DNA of 64,000 bases, taken from positions 1-64,000 of the forward strand of contig CBDHHL010000035.1 in the NCBI GenBank assembly GCA_965263355.1, given 5' to 3'. Source of the DNA: Leptolyngbyaceae cyanobacterium (GTDB taxonomy: Bacteria; Cyanobacteriota; Cyanobacteriia; Phormidesmidales; Phormidesmidaceae). Position 1 is the stretch's first letter; each line of letters starts with the position of its first letter. Shown here piece by piece: positions 59,499 through 64,000 of this stretch. Under the pieces are notes generated by a model. That model made no database searches and had not been told where the DNA came from. It saw only the letters and a program-made list of their open reading frames with translations. A program made the translations under genes and the position numbers.

Positions 59499-60518
59499 GT
59501 GAGTATTCTATTCCTGAAAATGAACTCGCCAAAACTTGAAATAACGGAACCCGGATACCAGCCAGCTTTGATTTCCGTAAAGGATCGCTGGGGAGAATAC
59601 AATATCCTGGGAATTGGCAGAAAAGATAATGATTATATGCCAATGGTCGTTTTCCGCGACCCACCACAGGCATTGTCTCGATCCCAAGTCACTGTAACAG
59701 GAGTGGAAGGCGCTGACGGACTAGTGCTGTGGGTTCGAGACGGAGGACCGAAATTTCAGGGAGAAATTAATACTCCGATAAAATGGGGCGTTATCAACGG
59801 CCAGCCAGAGATCGGCGCTGATAACGCGTGGAAGAAAAGCGCTTATGGGACCTGGATAAACCAGGAGGCACTGTCCCCCTACGGCTGGACTGTATTTAGA
59901 GTTAGCGATCTCTTAACGTTTGGCAGAGAACTAAAATATCCAATGCTGGCTGGTTATTCAATTCGCCACACCATTGAAGAAACGGGCGGCACTGGACACA
60001 ATGCCGGGACCGTTTCATACTCAGCCGCCGAAGTGTGGCGACAGGAATCAAGGCGGGCCAAAACCGAAGGCACTATGTTGCTAACAGTGCCTAGCAGCAA
60101 GAAAAGCTTGGCTGTGATCCAAGAGATTGACTCCACTGCAGAATTAATCCTAGGAGCGTCGCCAGGGGAATTACAAGACGCAGAAGGGTCGATTAGCCTG
60201 CAGGACCAATTTTTGTTTGAGCAAGAAATAAAATTAAATGAAATGGTCTCTGAAGCCATGGTTTATGACCGCTCGTTTGTGGGGAATTTCACCACGATCT
60301 CAGGTCAAGAAATTTCGCTAAACCTAAGGCGGCGCATCATCAATAATGAGCCGCCGGTTTTATTCGCATGGCTCGCATTAAACGTCAATGCCACCGAGGC
60401 AAGCGCGCCGCAAAGTGACTGGAAAGCTGAAGCTGTTAAGTTCGCCAACCAACACCCATGGATCGCGGCATTGGTTGGAATCGCTATAGCAATTATCTTT
60501 TCCCTTCTATCTAAATGA
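59499..60518 (+). CDS. Hypothetical protein with C-terminal TM helix
   Basis: WIAALVGIAIAIIFSLL tail. Confidence 0.6.
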   Translation: MSILFLKMNSPKLEITEPGYQPALISVKDRWGEYNILGIGRKDNDYMPMVVFRDPPQALSRSQVTVTGVEGADGLVLWVRDGGPKFQGEINTPIKWGVINGQPEIGADNAWKKSAYGTWINQEALSPYGWTVFRVSDLLTFGRELKYPMLAGYSIRHTIEETGGTGHNAGTVSYSAAEVWRQESRRAKTEGTMLLTVPSSKKSLAVIQEIDSTAELILGASPGELQDAEGSISLQDQFLFEQEIKLNEMVSEAMVYDRSFVGNFTTISGQEISLNLRRRIINNEPPVLFAWLALNVNATEASAPQSDWKAEAVKFANQHPWIAALVGIAIAIIFSLLSK

Positions 60519-60529
60519 TGGCAAAAACC

Positions 60530-60733
60530 TCAATCACCATTGTTTTTTAACGCGTCAAACAGGTTACTGACTGCTAATGCAGATAGCTCTATCCTGTTCG
60601 TCACCCGACCGTCCGTCGTCTCTATTAGCCTTCCCTGAGAAGTCTCAGGGTCTAGGTAAAGTGTGATTATCTGCTCGACTGATTGTGAGTCTACGGACTC
60701 ACGATAACTATGTCGAGATATAATTTCTATCAT
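60530..60733 (-). CDS. Small hypothetical protein
   Basis: 67-aa ORF. Confidence 0.45.
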   Translation of the reverse strand: MIEIISRHSYRESVDSQSVEQIITLYLDPETSQGRLIETTDGRVTNRIELSALAVSNLFDALKNNGD

Positions 60734-60811
60734 TTTGGAAGAATGGGCTCATTTACACAACTAGTATCCCAAGCTAGCTGAGAGTAATAACTAGAGTCCA
60801 TGTCTTCTTTG

Positions 60812-61140
60812 GTTTCAGCCCCTTGAAACGGATTGAAGCCTTGGCAGCGTATAGCACCATGCCCCGCAAATCAGGGAACGTTACAGTTTCAGTCCCTTGG
60901 TAGGGGTTGAAGCCTTGGCAGCTATCTGCATCATTACTTACTGCATTACTGCGATGATGTTTCAGTCCCTTGGTAGGGGTTGAAGCTTTGGCAGCTCAGG
61001 ACCGCATAGACCAGCTCAAGCCAATAACAGGTTTCAGTCCCTTGGTAGGGATTAAAGCTTTGGCAGCTTGGCTCATGGCTAATAGTTCGTTTCCACCAGG
61101 TGCGTTTCAGTCCCTTGGTAGGGATTAAAGCTTTGGCAGC
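60812..61140 (-). CRISPR. CRISPR mini-array: five 37-bp repeats, four spacers (37/36/35/36 bp)
   Basis: GTTTCAGTCCCTTGGTAGGG(G/A)TT(G/A)AAGC(C/T)TTGGCAGC at 60812 (degenerate), 60886, 60959, 61031 and 61104. The degenerate left repeat and minus-strand 3' GAAAC end imply leftward transcription. Confidence 0.97.
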
Positions 61141-61199
61141 GTAAACAGCTGCATCCCTTTAGCCGCAAGGCTTTTATGAGCGATTCTGGCAAAGCTCAG

Positions 61200-61465
61200 A
61201 AAATGGCAATTTTGCCAAAGCTTTAATCCCTGTTTTTCAAGGTTCTTCTTTTGGCCTCGCTTAGCTTTGCCAAAAAAAGTTGAGACTGTTCGCCATAGAT
61301 CCGGCGAATCTATAAGGGCCTTACGGACTCCTTTTGCTCCTATCTTGCCTTTCGGCTGGTGTTTATCGGTTTCCCGACAAAAGATACCCATAGCCCCCTA
61401 GAGAACCTTAGCGCTGAAGCCATCCAACAACGTTTCCGCTGCCTTGTCGCCCAAACTGCGATGTC
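61200..61465 (-). ncRNA. Putative tracrRNA in the array leader
   Basis: 19-nt perfect anti-repeat at 61213-61231; candidate minus-strand promoter TTGGCG-17-TAATAT (61497-61469). Boundaries approximate. Confidence 0.65.
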
Positions 61466-61513
61466 CTTATATTAGCGTGTTATATTTTGTACGCCAAGTA
61501 TTTTTTAATATAA

Positions 61514-61714
61514 ATGGGAAAAGAGAATAGAGAAGGCAGGATTTACGCGCGCATCAAGCAAAGCCGTAAACAAAAGCTAGAGCAGTATTGTAGACTTTGG
61601 GATATATCGATAGCAGACCTATTGGAACGCTTTATTGATATGCTGCCAGAGCTGCCGCAAAACGACGTACAAAATAATGAAGACGATCAAGGTAAAAGTC
61701 CAGCCGACTCCTGA
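61514..61714 (+). CDS. Ribbon-helix-helix regulator overlapping the effector start
   Basis: RIYARIKQSRKQKLEQYC....ISIADLLERFIDMLP. Confidence 0.75.
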   Translation: MGKENREGRIYARIKQSRKQKLEQYCRLWDISIADLLERFIDMLPELPQNDVQNNEDDQGKSPADS

Positions 61715-63398
61715 AACACTGATTAAATACGAGAAAATTTGCAGAGAGCTTGAATGGTTGTGGAACTATGTGAGGGCCGTAGCCTTACATAATCACTGCC
61801 TTGAATGGTATGCGTGGGCCGAGGGGAAAGGCGCTGACTTGTCAGGCTGCATTAGAACGCCGTTACGCTTTTCAAAGAGTGGCGGTTGGAATGGAGCGAC
61901 TTGTCAGATTGCTAAAGGGGGTCCGTATTTTAAGAAGTCAGATAAAGCTCCTTTAATCCACTATGACGATGGCAAAACGAAACAAGGCTATGAATTAGTA
62001 GCTGGGGATAAGCCATATGAGCCAATAAAGCCAGAGCGTCATAGATATCGCGAAGTCTCTTATTCAAGTAAAGGCAACTCAATGACCCGTTCCAGTAAAA
62101 GCACCTCAATAACCCGCGAGCTAAAAGGAAAAGGTTGGGGCCTAGACAATATGGCGTTACTAAATGCGTCACGAAGTTCTCAGGGTCTTGATGAATTAAC
62201 TTGCCATAGCGATTTTGTTGGAGGGCTACTAGCTGACTTTGAAGTTGCTTGGAAGGCTTATTTAGACGGGAAACTGCCCGCCAGAAAGCAGCCAAAGTAT
62301 AAGGACGGCAAGCAGTGTAAAATTAGCACGTTGAACAATAATCAAAAAGCCATCCCGTTCAAAAAAGGACAATTCGACGGTCAAGGCTTAGTTTTAGAAC
62401 CGTGCGATCGCAGCTATTCAAAAAGACTCGAAGGCTATGTAATAAAGACTTACAAACTGATATTAAAACCGAGTGGCTTCTATCTATGCCTAACTACTCA
62501 AAGTGAAGCGGAAGAAGAAAATAGATTAGAACTTAAACGACAAAAAAGAGTTTTAACCGCTATCAAGAAAAAAGTTATTGATGGCATTAAAGGGGAAAAG
62601 GAGCAAGCCAAGGCGTTAGCTAACAGTGAAGACTATCAAACGGCATTAGCCAAGAAAAAGTCAATAGAAAATGAGCTGCCATACTTGCTAATAGAAGACT
62701 CAAAATGCGCTAAACGAACCGGGCATATGGCGGGCATTGACCCTGGCGTTAAGGCAATTGTAGCGACTGACGAAGGTCATTTATTTAATCCTAACGAAAG
62801 CAGACAACGAATACACAATCATATTGAAAAGCTGCAATCCAAGCTTGATATTATGATTGAGAAAAATGATAAGCGGCTAGGACAAAAATGGAAGGGAGGG
62901 CAGCGGCGAGCCTCCAATAACGAGCAAAAACTTAGGGGCAAAATATCCAGACTTCATGAGCGAGCCGTTAATAGTTCAAATGCTTTCAATCATAAATTAT
63001 CAACCAGGTTAGCCAGAACTTATGATGTCATTGCTTGGGAGGCTACGGCGTTAACTAACATGGGGAGGCAGACAACGCCTAAATTAGCTGAAGATGGAAG
63101 TTATTACGAGCAAAACGGCAGAACAGCTAAGGCAGGATTGAACAGATCCTTGAAAATAGCCTGTATGGGCGACCTTAGAACTAAAACAAAATCTAAATTA
63201 GAGGAAGCCGGGAAATTATACATAGAGACGGAGGCTAGATACTCATCACAACGCTGTCATTGTTGCGGGGGAAAAGGCATCAGGCCAGCCCAAGATACGT
63301 TTATTTGCGTAAATGAGAGCTGTAGCCTATTTGAACAGAAGCAAAATGCAGATGTTAACGCCGCAAGGAACCACAAGAAAAGAGGAATTACAGAATAA
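61677..63398 (+). CDS. cas12: TnpB-derived type V CRISPR effector (~573 aa; Cas12f/V-U2 C2c8-like, subtype uncertain)
   Basis: MKTIKVKVQPT start; RuvC-I GIDPG, RuvC-II IAWEA, Zn finger SSQRCHCCG...CVNESC, RuvC-III NADVNAARN; adjacent array. Confidence 0.85.
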   Translation: MKTIKVKVQPTPETLIKYEKICRELEWLWNYVRAVALHNHCLEWYAWAEGKGADLSGCIRTPLRFSKSGGWNGATCQIAKGGPYFKKSDKAPLIHYDDGKTKQGYELVAGDKPYEPIKPERHRYREVSYSSKGNSMTRSSKSTSITRELKGKGWGLDNMALLNASRSSQGLDELTCHSDFVGGLLADFEVAWKAYLDGKLPARKQPKYKDGKQCKISTLNNNQKAIPFKKGQFDGQGLVLEPCDRSYSKRLEGYVIKTYKLILKPSGFYLCLTTQSEAEEENRLELKRQKRVLTAIKKKVIDGIKGEKEQAKALANSEDYQTALAKKKSIENELPYLLIEDSKCAKRTGHMAGIDPGVKAIVATDEGHLFNPNESRQRIHNHIEKLQSKLDIMIEKNDKRLGQKWKGGQRRASNNEQKLRGKISRLHERAVNSSNAFNHKLSTRLARTYDVIAWEATALTNMGRQTTPKLAEDGSYYEQNGRTAKAGLNRSLKIACMGDLRTKTKSKLEEAGKLYIETEARYSSQRCHCCGGKGIRPAQDTFICVNESCSLFEQKQNADVNAARNHKKRGITE

Positions 63399-63601
63399 TG
63401 CAAGCCTCAATCACCATCTCCATACGCTCAAAAACCCTGGCTAAAGCTCAACAGCTAAACATCCCGGTTGAAGTGATTTTGAGCGAGGAGCTATCAAGGG
63501 TGGCCGACAGGCTCCTGCTGCCTTTGATTCAGGAATACGGAATGAACTGCGATAGAACCGATTACGTCCCAAGCTGGATAGAGCAATCGGCCCAGCCATA
63601 A
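63398..63601 (+). CDS. Small RHH-like protein coupled to the effector stop
   Basis: TAATG overlap; ITISIRSKTLAKAQQLNIPVEVILSEEL. Confidence 0.5.
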   Translation: MQASITISIRSKTLAKAQQLNIPVEVILSEELSRVADRLLLPLIQEYGMNCDRTDYVPSWIEQSAQP

Positions 63602-63773
63602 GATGGATGCCGATTTTCAGTTGCCAGCAGCTGCATTCACTAACTCACGAATGGCGAGAAAGATCTAACCATTATGCCGTCTTAGTTGTGCATTATTTCC
63701 TAAGCCAGGGCTAAACCCTTGGCGTACAACAATGATGATATCATGCTTTGTGGTGTGTTAAGCAGGTTTAACG

Positions 63774-64000
63774 TTGACCGCAAACAGTAGTTTCGACCCA
63801 TCTCAGGCCATTGGGTATTATCGTGTTTCGACGCAACGGCAGGAGCAAGAGGGCCATAGTCCCGAGCGTTATTTAGAGCGTCTTGAAGCGGTCGGCATTG
63901 CTCCTACTGATATTTATTCTGATGCTGAATCCGGCGGCATATTCGAACGCAAGGATTTACAAAAAGCATTAGCCAGGTTGAAAAATCCTAATAAGAAATA
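63774..64000 (+). CDS. Serine recombinase/integrase, N-terminal catalytic domain (truncated by the window edge)
   Basis: Manual translation from TTG: ...AIGYYRVSTQRQEQEGHS...IYSDAESGGIFERKDLQKAL. Confidence 0.85.
   Translation, partial: MTANSSFDPSQAIGYYRVSTQRQEQEGHSPERYLERLEAVGIAPTDIYSDAESGGIFERKDLQKALARLKNPNKK

Larger units (their letters stand above)
1..64000. mobile_element. Temperate siphovirus-like phage/prophage of a cyanobacterium (ends not visible)
   Basis: Terminase, portal, capsid, tape measure, antirepressor and serine recombinase all present. No host housekeeping genes recognised. GCGATCGC (HIP1) near 8629, 15644, 18776, 23809, 27934, 32726, 34027, 34986, 44217, 47186 and 62404. 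Confidence 0.93.

Noticed and set aside
61068..61103. Self-targeting by spacer 4 (partial similarity near 6163 and 51637)
   Set aside because: Only 10-12-nt partial matches, which are expected by chance.
61677..64000. IS605/IS607 transposon (TnpB plus TnpA)
   Set aside because: No Y1 TnpA is present. The serine recombinase lies downstream and starts with its catalytic domain, whereas IS607 TnpA has an N-terminal HTH and lies upstream. The adjacent array and anti-repeat favour a Cas12 effector.
1..64000. tRNA/rRNA genes and att sites
   Set aside because: None recognised by eye; the prophage boundaries probably lie outside the window.

Overview
The whole window looks like a temperate, siphovirus-like phage or prophage from a cyanobacterial host. 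At least 11 HIP1 GCGATCGC octamers are visible by eye, and several proteins are of cyanobacterial type. Neither boundary is visible. From left to right: early and regulatory genes (Bro/DinD-like antirepressor, GIY-YIG-HTH); a membrane-protein plus P-loop ATPase operon; an accessory island driven by a repeated promoter/operator/RBS cassette, which encodes a DUF1874/AcrIII-1-type ring nuclease followed directly by a hammerhead ribozyme; leftward tail genes including a tape measure; a second array of promoter-operator-terminator cassettes beside an HTH gene; a replication region; terminase genes; a portal fused to an ADP-ribosyltransferase-like domain; large polyvalent virion proteins; neck, tail-tube and capsid genes (DUF2213/DUF2184 type); fibre-like proteins; a DNA methyltransferase; a PAS-EAL phosphodiesterase; and a compact type V CRISPR locus. 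That locus has a 5-repeat array, an anti-repeat (tracrRNA-like) leader, an RHH regulator and a ~573-aa RuvC effector, with no cas1/cas2 in the window. A serine recombinase starts at the right edge. All family assignments come from motif recognition by eye; no database search was run.
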